From: Balanoglossus misakiensis
Lineage: Eukaryota > Animalia > Hemichordata
Assembly: GCA_040954595.2 (NCBI GenBank)
Contig: CM082593.2
Span: 4,171,434 to 4,235,433 of the forward strand
Direction of reading: 5' to 3'
Length of the DNA: 64,000 bases
The position numbers and the translations under genes were made by a program. The notes below the pieces were generated by a model. That model was not told where the DNA came from, did not search any database, and worked only from the letters and a program-made list of their open reading frames with translations. The stretch's first letter is position 1; every line of letters starts with the position of its first letter. Shown one piece after another: positions 22,301 through 35,437 of this stretch.

Positions 22301-25300
22301 AATACCCTGTCCAATCGCTCACTTGTGATTTAAGAATGTCTTACTCTGTCAAATCTGCCGTTAACTTAATAAACAGTACCTGGAAAGTGGACACCTTCAC
22401 TAGCAAAGCGAAGTTTGTTAAGTGACGAGTGTTGCATCCAACGGCATCGTCTCCAGAAACAGTTTCAATACCATCATCCCGCCATAAACTGCAAGAACAA
22501 ATAGTGACACAATAAAATTACTTCACCAAACTACAGAGACGGGGAGGAGCACAAAATCATGAAAACACACGACGACGACCGTGATGAATGTGTACTGCAC
22601 CTGTTATTGTTATTGTAATCCATATAACCACACACCAATTCCTTTCCTATCAGATCCTACAAAAAGGAAAAAAAAAACCTTGAAAATTATTTTCATACAA
22701 GATTTTTCAAAACAGGTTTCGAAAAAATCCCAGCAAAATACGGATCTTTCATGAATGACTATCAAATACTAATAGTAATGCTTCAGTCATATTTTGTAAT
22801 AGGTGAAAGTATTGAAAATATGTCTCGGTTCTTCGTTTGTGTATGAGTTTTAGCTCTCTCTCACAGCGATTATTAAACTCACTTGGCCCTTTGCAAAACG
22901 CATGGAAATTGGCTCATCAAATGGCGCTGGTATTTCCGGAAACGTGGACATGGAAATGACGTCACTTCCGAGATACACCATCCCGGAACTGAAGCTGAGG
23001 TTGTTTTGCAGAACTTCTCGTAAAGAATGGTATATCATAGTGAACACACCAACTTTGTCCGAATCTAATTCATAGAGAAAAACAGTTACCAGGAAAGGGA
23101 CAATTAGTAATCGCCACCCAGAGAAATATGCGTTATATAATAATTCTGCTTTAAATACATAAAACTATTACTGATTCTGTATCATGTATGCAAAAGTTTA
23201 TACGACCAGTGGCTACAATATATTTGCGTTCAAACAACTACTTACCAGCCTGTCTGAGGAGATCCCCTGGTATGTTGATGGACGGAGCTGACGGTTCTTT
23301 GGCAGGTATGACAACGCCGACAGCATCAGCAGTTTCTTGAACCAATATTGTAATATCTGTTAAAAGACACTACCTTTAAAACAATATTACCGGCAAAACT
23401 GCCCACACAACAGTTATAGTCAGTGCAGTGGCGTTTTAATTGGTCGGTGATCTTCAATCATGGCAACTTACCTATATTTTCTGTGGAGATATTCAAAGCA
23501 GGCGGTCCTACGTCAGTCATTTGGATAGTTACCTCACTGATCAAATATTCTGACGCTTCCATAAGATCCAGTAAGACGTCTTTTTCTGAACTCTGTGGGG
23601 CAGAACAGAAGTGACCTGGATAAACATGGCAAAACTGAAAGGACGTGCTGTGGTCGGTGAACTTATCGACGTGTTCTGTGTTTCTTTGAAACTGACCATG
23701 CAGCTCTTCCAAATGTATAGTTTTCTGTTAATCTCACCGTCTCAATCATTTGCCACTTCGCACTGTTGCTTGCATTCAGAAGTAAACTTGTAATTTCCAA
23801 GCAGTCCTGGACGTAGGTGACTTTGTCCTCGCTTGCTATGTCTTCTGACTTCAGCACCATCTGCCCACTTTTCATCAACTGACTTGCCACTCCACTCACT
23901 GAGATTAGATCAGCCAGTCGGATTTCAGTGGTGACCGATACAAACGCACTGAGGTCAGAAAGCATCTCGAATGAGGCATTAACAGTGATCGGCGAAGCAG
24001 ATATCTGGAAATAAAAAGACACTTGTTTCTACCAAAGTGACTGTAGAGTTCGACAAAAATTGTCCCTTCACGCGAGATTTTGCAAGGTCTCGTGGAGAAC
24101 GGAAAACGGTATATTGTAAGGTATTGCCAACTTATAAAATCTGTTTTGTTCTAGCTACCATGTCCAGGATGCGTTGCACCTCTTCTGATAGGCACCGTGT
24201 CGAGGAATCGTGGTCGTTTTCTTCCGATGACTGTTGGTCCTCATTGTCACCACATGCGCCTTAATTAACATAGGAACAAAAAGCAAGACAATATGACAGG
24301 TGAATGTTGTATGTAACGTTGAATGGTGTACAATGTATGACGTCATACCGACGAAACACCAGGATTTAATTTTCAAAATTCAAAAATAAAATTAGTGGAA
24401 TTGTCAGGTTGCTCAGACGACACGGATTGGCAGCTTCGGTGATGCCGTGACTGGAGATAATTTGTGAACATTGTCCGTTTCGCCACAAAACGCCACAACA
24501 AGAAGAATAGACCAGAATGAACCAACAGTTTCATCCGATTCTACATGAGGTCACAAGACATCGAAAACAACTTCACATGAGAACAAATGCGTATGATCAA
24601 GGGACTATTCACACGGTGATGTGGCCATCCAGTAATTATGGCACAAAGTGCACTGTCAGACGTTTTGATTGAAAGCACTGCCATTTTGCCTGTAAACAAA
24701 CTCAAGATGTCAATTGGTACATCGTATTTCAGTTCTGTGTTGAGTGATGATGAACTGAAAGAGTTAAACGAAAAAAATCTTACACTTCATTTTAACAAGG
24801 TGAACAATGCAGTGTTGGTTCAATGGAAATGCATTTGGTACAGCAACTGCGACAATCACGAATAATTCCACCGGGTTGTCAGAGAAACTTGAATGGATAT
24901 CAAATTCCGTGAATAGGACAGATTGTCATGGGGATCGAAGCCAACAATAGATTCAAACACACACACATTCCCAGTGTGTCAATATGGCTTGAAAACACAT
25001 AATTTAACCACTCCATTTCAAAGGGACATATTGCAGGAAAAACACCTCTCTTTTGTTTTGGCCTTTGCAAAACGTCTGTCGTTTTTAACTATGACATCAA
25101 TTACGAGCAGTCGACTTGGCTCTTGAAACTAGAGAATTGTTCAGATTCATGGCTGAGAGTCGCCCTGCTGTGCAACCGTATGCCGACGAGTAGTAATTGC
25201 ATGAGTCTTGCGCTGAGGAGAAGCGACACGGGAAGAGTTCAACTTCATAATTGGGAAATGGCCGTGCTCCGTCACGCAGCATCGTCAACCCAGCCTCTTT

Positions 25301-28300
25301 AGGGACACAATTTGATGCGGTGCCATCAAGAGTCATCTTGCAGCGGAAATAAAGTCGTGGCTCGCGGGAATAATGCGCCATTGACAAACGGCAGAATTAC
25401 TGACGACCCTCACGCTTAGGAACACAATCAAATTTTGGCTTAACGCTGTCCAAGACGACAGGAAATTTAACAGAGAATGCTGCACAAACACTAATCTGTA
25501 GCACCAGACTCCATGATTAATTTTGGCGAGAGCCGATTTTCTGTTTCCGGTCCAATATCGCTAAATAAATTTAAATGGTAATTGAATTTGGTGGCGACAC
25601 CCGTCTGAATTTCGATACAGTCAAAGTAATCAAGAGTCATTGAAAGTTTATAAACATGTACAAATATCATGACATACTTCTACATACTACTAAATGTATG
25701 CCAGGTCCACTGTCGTAAACTACGTGCCTCTTTACGGCAACGGTTCGTGAAGCGGAAGTAGATGGCTCTGATTCGCGAGAATGACCAGGTCATGCATGTG
25801 CTAACACATCAGATATATTGTACGTCCATGCGTGGTTAGGTTGACAGTACAAGAAATCCTTTCCACGTTGTTTGTTCCGGGAGATTAAGATTAAGTTATA
25901 TATGTAATTAATCCCTGCGCCTATGGCCTTTTTCTGCGATCTTTTATATAAAATGAGCATACATATAAATCGACAATTTAACTTACGGTAACTACAACAG
26001 CATGAAATGGCCAGTCTGAATGGAGTCCTTTCAGTTGTGGTGACCTGTTGACAACTGACTTCAATTATACTTTATGCATATGCATATGCTAATTGTATTT
26101 ACATGGTCATCACATTGCACCTGGCAAAGGCACCTGTTATATTGCCTGTTCAATCGGGTGGATGTGGATAAACCAGGTGGGTCAGTGCTTGGCCATCTTG
26201 TTGTTTTGTCCTGCGTGTAGCCTATGTGTGACCTCCTCCCCATATTGGCTGCCCTGACCGTGACATCAGTGAACAAGTAACAGAAACAAACTCTAACATT
26301 CAGCCAGTCAAAATTAACTTACCGACAGTTGGCGTTGCGGCTGGTGGAGGCGTCACAAACTCTGTAGAAAGACAGAAATGTTGTGCAGTGCATAGTGAGA
26401 ATGTACAAACGATAGCCGTATAAGTCCCTGTCACTTTTCCCTTGAAACTTCTCTCGCAATGAGAACAAACGTATGGCGATCAATGCAGTCATTGTTCATA
26501 ACACGGTATACTATAACCGACACGAGTACCGTGCGTGGCTTTGCATTTCAAATTTTGCACGCACAGGCTGGACTGACAGAAACCGCCCTTGTTTAGTTAC
26601 GTCATTTTGTCAGTAACAACTTGTGAGTACAATGATGAACTTTCCAAGTTACATGCAAAGTTTTAGTTTTCAAAGTGCGTAAGTTTCATAACTGCAGAAT
26701 GGCTGGAAACATACTAATCGCATGGTTGTACATCACAAATGGTAATAACTGGCGCAATAATGGACCGCAGTTTGCCATATTGCATCATAAGCTCACATGT
26801 ATACATAATTTATATCCACAGTCTAATAGTTTATTTTGAAAAATTATCTCTACGTTCAGGGCCGCCCCGAGGGCTGTTTCACAGACAAAAACAATTAACC
26901 CACCAGTTCATGCTGATATATGTAGACATTTTAAAATCATAGATTTCCCCCATCATTGTGCATTATTAGCCGTTTTCATTTTCCTGTTTCCAGCTGAGTA
27001 TTTTCAGCAGAAATGTCGTTAGATGGACCTTCTGTACGAGACATTTAACGGATTTTCACAGCATGGGACAGGTGTGGTTTGTTACATTGAATCGATAAAT
27101 CCTAGACAAGCCTCAGGTGATGAACAGTAAAGTAGTCTCAAATATTTTCACTTTTACGTTATGTTTTGTTGTCTGCTCCTTACTGTAGATTGTCTGTCGT
27201 ACACAGTGTCTAAATTTGCCCACCACGTCCCCTCTATGGGGTATGCAACCTGAGGTCAAATAGTGAAGGCAAGACTACACTGATTTTACCTTATCTTTAC
27301 TGGTTTTTAATTACAAATACGATGATTTTGAGATTCCAGCGTATCATACAAAGAAATCACCAGACCGATTTTCGATTCAGAGCCCATTTCAAACTAATTA
27401 GTCACTTTCCAGGGCCGTTTTGTTCATCTGAATATCTGCCATCTGTGGGCAGGCCATTACTCAAGGTAGCCCATTACGTTTTCAAACATAAGTGCGAATT
27501 CAAAACAACAACTTTTTATGGAATAGACAGATTCATTTTATCCCGTGTTGCCTGGCAACTGGATAGTGTAATCCTTATGAAAAGGTAACTTTATGTCTAA
27601 CGGCGCAAAAATACGAGGCAACATCACACCCACTGCGGAAGTTTTATAATTCAAACACGTTTCAATCAGAGTACAGCTTCCTGAAGAATGATAAATATTT
27701 CACACATTTTTTCCGCAATGTTATGATTACCTCATTATCGGAGAACAGTTTCAGTAGCAAAAGACGCTGAATAGTATAGTTTTCCTCACAATCAATGTTC
27801 TAATTTACTGTATCGATTCATAATTGATATATCGTAATTAAGTGATTGTATCTGTGTGATGGAATCACACCAAATGACCTAAGACAAGTCAGTGACGTCA
27901 CTGACACTATGATAATATAGCCAATGATTCTTCAATTGGCAATAATGATAAAAAAAACAAGGTTACACTACGAAAACAATTTTACATATCCCAGAGGCAA
28001 GATTAATGCATGGCCCTGTCACCGGCACTGATCGAAGAAACAAACTCACAGTCTAATAACATTCCTTTCGTACCGCCAGAGGTGTAACACGTTTACACAA
28101 ATTGAACACGCGCAGTCATTGTCGGTGTTCGTTTGAGAATTATAACAAAACGCGCATCCATATTTTACGATGGCGTAGAACATTCGTTATTAGGAGAAGC
28201 GTGAGAGTTATTGCACAACCCATCGTTATTTCAGTATGCCGACAAAGGGTGCCATGTTCACGTTGGGGCGAAATGAATTCTGTAATTACGACACCCATTT

Positions 28301-29104
28301 TACGTTAATGAATAGCTATTTTGGAGAACATTAAGTGGCACTTTCTGTTACCTGCACACTTTTGTTCACAGCCATATTTTTCATTGAAAACAAAATATCG
28401 AAACCCCAATAAATATTTTCATATATATCTGGGATTTACGGGCTTTAATGAGGTTATATTACTAAAACCGGAAATGGGGTAAACTTTAAGTGAAAGACCC
28501 TTATCAAAGACCTCTGGATCCAAAATGTCTTAATGTCTAACTCTGGGAGTTAGGAAGCTGACGTTTTGACAATTCAGTTGGACCGGTAACTTACCTTGTT
28601 CTTCGACTTCACAAATGAAAGGATGCGTGTGCGAACAAGTCTGCCTGTCCCATTTGCCTTCCAACACCCCAACACAATCACCATCATCATTTGCATCGTT
28701 CGACCAGTTGTCATATGACAGTAAATAGATATAAAAACCGCCTCCGTCCCATTTCCAAACGATTCCACTTCGAGAAAGACCGATCCACGTGAATGTGGGT
28801 GTTCTGGAAGAAGTCAAGGGACGATACAGTTGCAAAGTATATGAAAGATAAGGCACTATCTTAACAAGCAATAACACGCATCAATTGGCAGAAATGTAAG
28901 CCCAGATTATGAGGCGAAACAACAAAACTTACTGATGGTTATTGTCGATATACGCTTGCTTGTCCGCATCATCTATGCTGACAATGTGTCCACCAAAGTC
29001 TTTGCAGTATGACGAAGCATCATCCCATTCATACTCTTGCGGGAAATACCTATAACACGATTGCTCGTACTGGCCCCATGCTGATGGACAGGTGCCAAGG
29101 ATAC
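19310..29104 (-). CDS. Adhesion GPCR (family B2) with N-terminal C-type lectin, GAIN/GPS and 7TM; 5' end and stalk exons uncertain
   Basis: CTL exons 29104-~28933 (CPSAW..SCY..WDDASSYC) and 28803-28595 (WIGL..DCV..WDRQTC..PFICE). GAIN exons ~24004-22884. GPS exons 22656-22601 and 22488-22380 (HLTNFALL). TM exons VGCSISFCCLLLTFITLVYF, LHYLFLATFFWMLAQGVQLY, CWLTTTDGVIYAFVGPV, LLPLLGLTWIFG, AYLFAVFNSLQ|GLFIFILHC. Tail exons 19790-19629 and 19348-19310. Confidence 0.9.
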
Positions 29105-32100
29105 CTTGTTTAAGGAAATAGAACAGATTTGTATAAAATATAAGTGGCCAGGACGAAATACTCACTAAAAATGGTGTGCACTGTGATATTTGATTTAACT
29201 ACTGTCATGATTGACGTATAATTCCTGTTTACAGATGAACCAATCAACCCGGGCTTATTGAAAGAAAACTTCAAAAGAACTTCAAATCGATCCGTAAGGA
29301 CAACGAATATTGAGCGTTAACGTCCGCCTTTGACCACACAATGTACCTGTAATTGAGATTTCAATCGAGAACGGATATTAGTTACGTTTATGGGTCATTT
29401 TACCACAGCCCTGCCCTCGTGTATCAAATTTATTATACGATTCGGGGGTCATACTCTTGGGTAATGGATAAGCTATAATGTTTCATTTTAATCAACGTTG
29501 TACCATCTGAAAAAGAAAGTATAATTGCAGAAGCTCTATATTAAATTACTCAGCAGGCCCTATTTCCTCAATCTGAAAATGATACACCTGTGTAACGACC
29601 ACTATGTCCTCAATTTCATTTCATATATTCTCCATTCATGTCGCCGCCAAATAAGTTGCCCAAATTCGACAAATTATCTTCTGATTTGCTGTGACTAATG
29701 TGGGCTGGGAAACTCTTTTGAAAAAGAGGTCTACAATCGATTCGTGTATTGGCATTTCAATAAATCAAGGCAATTGAATTCTTGCTGTGCCCAAGAGCAA
29801 TCATTCGAAGTAGGCAAAGGGCGTAGTCATAGTAAAAAGGAGATTATAAACCAATATACATGTAATTGACCTCAAAAGACTAGCAAGTCTTGAAGTTATT
29901 CGCGGGTAAGCTTAAGAGCGAATAGTTCTTTTGGGTTTTAAAGGGGTCTAACGCAACATTGAACACCACAAACAATCAAACGACTTAGAAACCTACGCGG
30001 TTTTTAATATAACTTCCGCAAGGCAGATTACTACACAACTAATAAATACTTAGCACCTAACTAAGCTTCCTCAATCATGCCGTTCTGCGCATGCACAGTC
30101 TGGGCATTATATCGTCTGCAGCTGTTGACGAGATGAGGCAAAGTACGACTCAATCAACTGCGATGTAAAGATATCCAGCTTGATCAATGTAATAATGTCA
30201 ACGTTATTCAGCATCGTGATTACGTGGTATTTACAGTAATTTGTCCTCTTGCATGCAAAAATCTACAATTAGATTACTCCAGAACCCAATGTCAAATACA
30301 CTATTTATACTATATACTATGTACCAGTAAGAACTAGTTTATGTGAGTTCTGATACACATTTGACAAACATTTACACATCTACAACCTGCACCTGCAACA
30401 TTGCCATATATTTTTCAAAATATTCATTGGTAGAAACAGCTTATACTACTCGATAATTGCGTTGTTATTGTCGGTATTATCTGTGTCGTTAGAAATTTAG
30501 AGCTGGGATCGTTTTTCTATGTAGTCAATAAACATTTACTTTCCATGTTTTAATTGGATTGCAAGGCACAGAAATCGTGCCATCGAATATTTCCCACACG
30601 ACAGCTTACAAGTGATCCAGAAGGAGTATATGTTTACTAACCAGCTAATTAACACTTCATTTACTTGTGAAAGTCATAAATTCACCGTTCTCGTCACGAA
30701 GCAAACACGCCTGAGTTGTGGCAAATTATCAGTGGTCTTGAAATTTTGAAAAAGGGCTGTCGGCAGCTGAATGCTATATATAATTTTACCTTCGCGCTAC
30801 AGCGATTACGCGTCAATTGTGTCTTTAAGCAAACACCACGAAAGATCGTGTTCGTTGATTTTATGCCTTCGGAAGCGCTTTTGTAGAGGACAAAGATGGA
30901 GTAATTTCTTTTCAAAAAATGTGCACCTTTTGACATGTTGCAACGCTGCTGTGATGTTTTGGTAACCCTATGCAGCCATTCATCACTCAGTGGAACCCTG
31001 AATATCTTGTTGATTCTCACCCGTATACATTTTAATTGCAGGTGCCATTATCACTGATTGCGCGTTTGTCGAACCACGTCCAAACACATGTACGCATGGC
31101 GTCGATTATATTTGAATGACAGAGGCAACCGGCGGTGTATTCTATAGGTGTTTTCATTTAAAAATAATATATAACGTTTGACAGCTTTCACCATTAATCG
31201 TGACGTGAGGAGTCAATTATTTCCCACTGGACAGAATACGAGAAGGCAACACATTGTGAAGAATTGCGCGTTCCTCGGCGAAGTGAAACAGTTTACAACG
31301 TGTTGACATCAAAGTGCGCATGTGGAAAATCGGAACCTCGTTAAATCCCGTAATAGACATATTGACGAGTCTTCATTTACAGGTGAAAATTTCGCACGTC
31401 ACAATGTCACATTTTTTAAATTCAGTCTTAACTTCAAAGCGGGGTTATAATTCCGTAAAATGTCCAGAATGAACATCAGGAACACATTCTTAAGTCCCGG
31501 GAACTTGTTTTAAAAATGCAGATCAATATTTCCAGGCCCAGTCGACATCATTTGGAAAAAATATGACCTGTTAATAATTAAATACGTCGAAGTCACAGTA
31601 AAGTATAATAAACTATAAGAGGGTTAATATCTGACTCTTCAAATGGGTTCCCTTGTCTACTCAGAAACCTTATGACTCATATCAAAAGCAATTCGCGAAC
31701 AATTTCGGTTTAATGGATTGTTAAGATCGTCTCTGGTAATGAGAAACCCAAATATGCATACTATTAAATAGCAATTGTTGGAATCATCTTTCAGGCCATT
31801 TAATTTACAAAAACGCCAGACGCAATCTTTTTAATAACAAAAAGCTCAATTCTCTTTAGATCGTAAGCAGTATCGGCCAATAATAAGACAATTACGATTC
31901 AAAAGTAGAGTATCATGTACGGTTGTGAAACCATACATGTTAACTAATCTAACAGACCATAAAATTAATGGTAATCGGTATTACATATCCATTCTATCTT
32001 ATGTAATGCGGCGAGCGACAATGTTGTGATTCGTGATTTAGTCACGCGCCATGAAAAAGTAATGGGTGGCAATTCTTATGAGCGGAAAGGGTCCATGTTA

Positions 32101-34732
32101 TACTCTTAGTAGAAAATGTGTATTACTTCAAAATAATACATTCAAGTCTATAATATCCTTTCGCAGAATGGGTTGTCACGCCACACCATATGCTGCTGGT
32201 GTATTTGTCCGCGTATGAACTCGTCGAATGGAAGTTGTGTGGTCCCGTGTTTTCATTTAAACCTTATAAAATATATAGATACGTGTTAAAAGAGAGCATT
32301 TTCATACCATGTCTGTAATATAAGAAACACTTCTTTTGGCGTTTATTACGGAGAATTACGCTTTGTGCTAATATTCAGATCAATAAAAGATAAAATGAAT
32401 TACATAGATGTTATATTATCAATACTGAGGATGATTATCATCAAAACACTTTGTAGACGGGGATGTAAGAAGGACTGTCAGTATTGAAGGTACTGTCTGG
32501 TTCACAGTTTAATTGCACAGAACTCGCGCAGGAAAGTGAAGGGAAATGATTAGCATCGCCAAATTTTAATAGGTATACATTCGGTCACGAATGTTGTCAA
32601 AGGGAGTTTACGGCAAAAGTATGCGGTTACATTTTTCTATATAATTGCAATGGGAATTTACAGGTTGGTTGTATCTCGTGCAGTTCTCTTTGCAAGTCAA
32701 TAGTAGGCCGCCTATTATAACCCACATGCCAGAAAAAACTGATCAATAAATTTTCATTCTTAGTTATTATTCGGTTGCATCTCAAAGTAATTCTGCTGAA
32801 TTGGTGTGTGTGTTCTCCGTGGCCGGCGAAACTAACCAGGGAGCGACCGGGCGAAACACTCGCAGCGAAGAACAAGCGTGTTAACCCAGGAAGCTGTTTC
32901 AGGTTTGATGGATTTGATGAAGTCTGCAGAGGGTGTTAACTACCGTGCATGGCGGAATTCAACAAAACGCAACTAATGACGTAATTTGGGCGACGTCTAA
33001 TAAAAACAAGTTCGGGTAATATACCCCAGAAAGTGCTGTAATAACGTAATTGCACTTTCGAGGAATAAATTGAGGCTGTTATGGCCAAAATGGGTCAAGG
33101 AAAAAAGAAACCGTCTTGCAAGTGGCACCAATTACAATCATACAATTGTAGCGCGACACACTATAACAAGGAAAATCGCCAGGGAGCAATAATGTTGCCT
33201 GCAGCCACTTTTTAAAATTAACTGCGTGGAAAGAAACGCATCAGATCATGGATATGTCACAGTTGTACCACATAAACCTTTCAAAGATTATATGAATTTA
33301 TCGAGTACTAGTGATCAGAATGCTGTGTTTTTTACTTTTTAAGAGTACGCGTGTTGTGATAAACATGTCGAGCCATTTTTGTGCCACGTCAAGAAATTTC
33401 GAGCTTGCCTGTTCTACTGTAACGGTACTACAGAAGAAAACGAGAGAAATTTATTCTCAAAGTAAAACGAACTTACGGGGAATTTCTCTGAAAAGACGGA
33501 ATGCAAAAACACGTGGTCACAGAAACGAACTGACTGCGCGGAATTCATCAATCAATCAATCAATCAATCAGTCACTAGGATTAAGTTCCAACAACTACAA
33601 CTATATTATTGCATGCAATGATCTATTTAAAGAGCTAGAGGAAACACGCATCTGTGTATTGAAACCCCTTGCCTAAAATACTAATGTATGTTATCTAAAC
33701 AACACACTGCCTAATAACAGTATCATTTTATGAGACAGGATCAAAAGAAATGTTTCCAACCCAAATGGTAATTAAAATGTGTAGTACAGCATTCGGTCAT
33801 AAATCCTGAATAGGTAGACGTCTTTTGATCAAAGTCGTTTTATTACTTGGATATATCGACTTTGTAACACAGTTCTTTGTCATCGTCACAGGGAATACAC
33901 GGGATAATAATTTTTCCTGGCTAATGCATTTCCTTTGTCTCTATATGGCCATTATCACTATACAATCGAAGCTGCCCTTTTTCAATCAGGTGGCAGTATT
34001 TTCTGTTTTGATTCATTTACGTTTCACTTAGCCCTTTTTAAACTACATACGTGCTGTGTCGTTCTAAGACCGCACGCTGGTCAGATGTTCTCCCCGTGGA
34101 AATTGACAGACAGAGGCTGTAAGCGGTCGTTTGTGTCCATCATTTACGACAACCTTCGCACCACAGCATTGTTGCCGTTTGTTCAACGGCTCGGGATTTA
34201 TCAGCCAGGAATTAACCCCGAGTTGCCATGCAACAAAGGACGGTGCTCACAATCCGATTCCGAGCGCAAAATCTTAGCAGCTTATTTTGATGGCCGGGCG
34301 GTACTCATAAGTATGGTGATACTCTTTTCTCGTATATGGACAGGATATCGAGAAATAAAACTAACTTTGTACCCAAAAGTCGTGTTCGTTCTTCGAATAT
34401 GCACGGGATTCTCGCCTTCCAGACTGAAAAAACTTATTGCTACATAAATATGTACAGAGAGTCAGACAAACAGACTGAGACACACACACACATTATTATT
34501 CTTCAAAAGAGCATGAGTCAAACAAACATGCTCAGAAAACAAACAGATGGTTCTCACTTGATTCCTTTATGGATATTAGTCGGACTTGTACACGTCACAG
34601 AAATCTGCCTATGTTAGTAAAATTAATGATATTTAAAACAGCCAGCAATCAAAAGTGCATACCATATGGCACAACTGGAATGTTTGTGTGACCCAGTAAA
34701 ATTGGTCAGATTTGACGGGAGTATATTTGACA

Positions 34733-35437
34733 TGGGCGTATAGTGAGCGTCCCCTGACGAGACAGACCATTTCGGATCAAGGTACATGCGATTTTTTGGC
34801 TTTTCTTTTTTCTTTTTCACAAACAGATTAATGCATCGCGAAAGGTTTGATTTCGCACAAAATTGTATCAGTGGGGTATAAATATCATTACAAAGTCTTA
34901 TGAAAAAAACAGAGGTTTCAACAACACACAATTTGCTTACACGATGGATATGGGCATTGCCCTGCAGTGGCAAGGGTGTGCACGAAACGGCATATAAGTA
35001 AACATATATCAATGATCACATTTTACTGAATATGAACTTAAAGGCCCAACTCAATTTCCGCATTTATCTTAGTGGAAATTCAATTGTATGGTGAACATAT
35101 CAAGGGATGACTAATGGGCAATTAACACATACACTAACGCGGGACCAATGATTGACGAGGGAGCCTTTAAAACAACTATATGTAAAATATCTTTCTGTAC
35201 AATCCGTCATCTAAGACAAATACTGTCGACTTGGGAAAAAGTCTACCTGGATACTACAAACGATTTGGTTGTCTTACCTGTAACGATACTTCCAAAAATA
35301 GAAATCAGATACAACTGTTTTAGTGCTGAGAACATGACAGTGATTACAAATTGCCACACGGATTCAGACTGATACTTTCACCACTTCCTTGATCCGAACT
35401 GGTCTGTCTCCGTCAGGGGACGCTCACTATACGCCCA
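34733..35437. repeat. ~50-bp inverted repeat pair enclosing ~600 bp (MITE-like element or two inverted repeat copies)
   Basis: TGGGCGTATAGTGAGCGTCCCCTGACG-AGACAGACCATTTCGGATCAAGG (34733-34782) versus the reverse complement of 35387-35437: one indel and one mismatch. No clear TSD; no internal transposase. Confidence 0.8.

Noticed and set aside
35420-35434. ACGCTCACTATA resembling a T7 promoter (vector contamination)
   Set aside because: Only a partial match, present in both arms of a genomic inverted repeat, with no other vector sequence.
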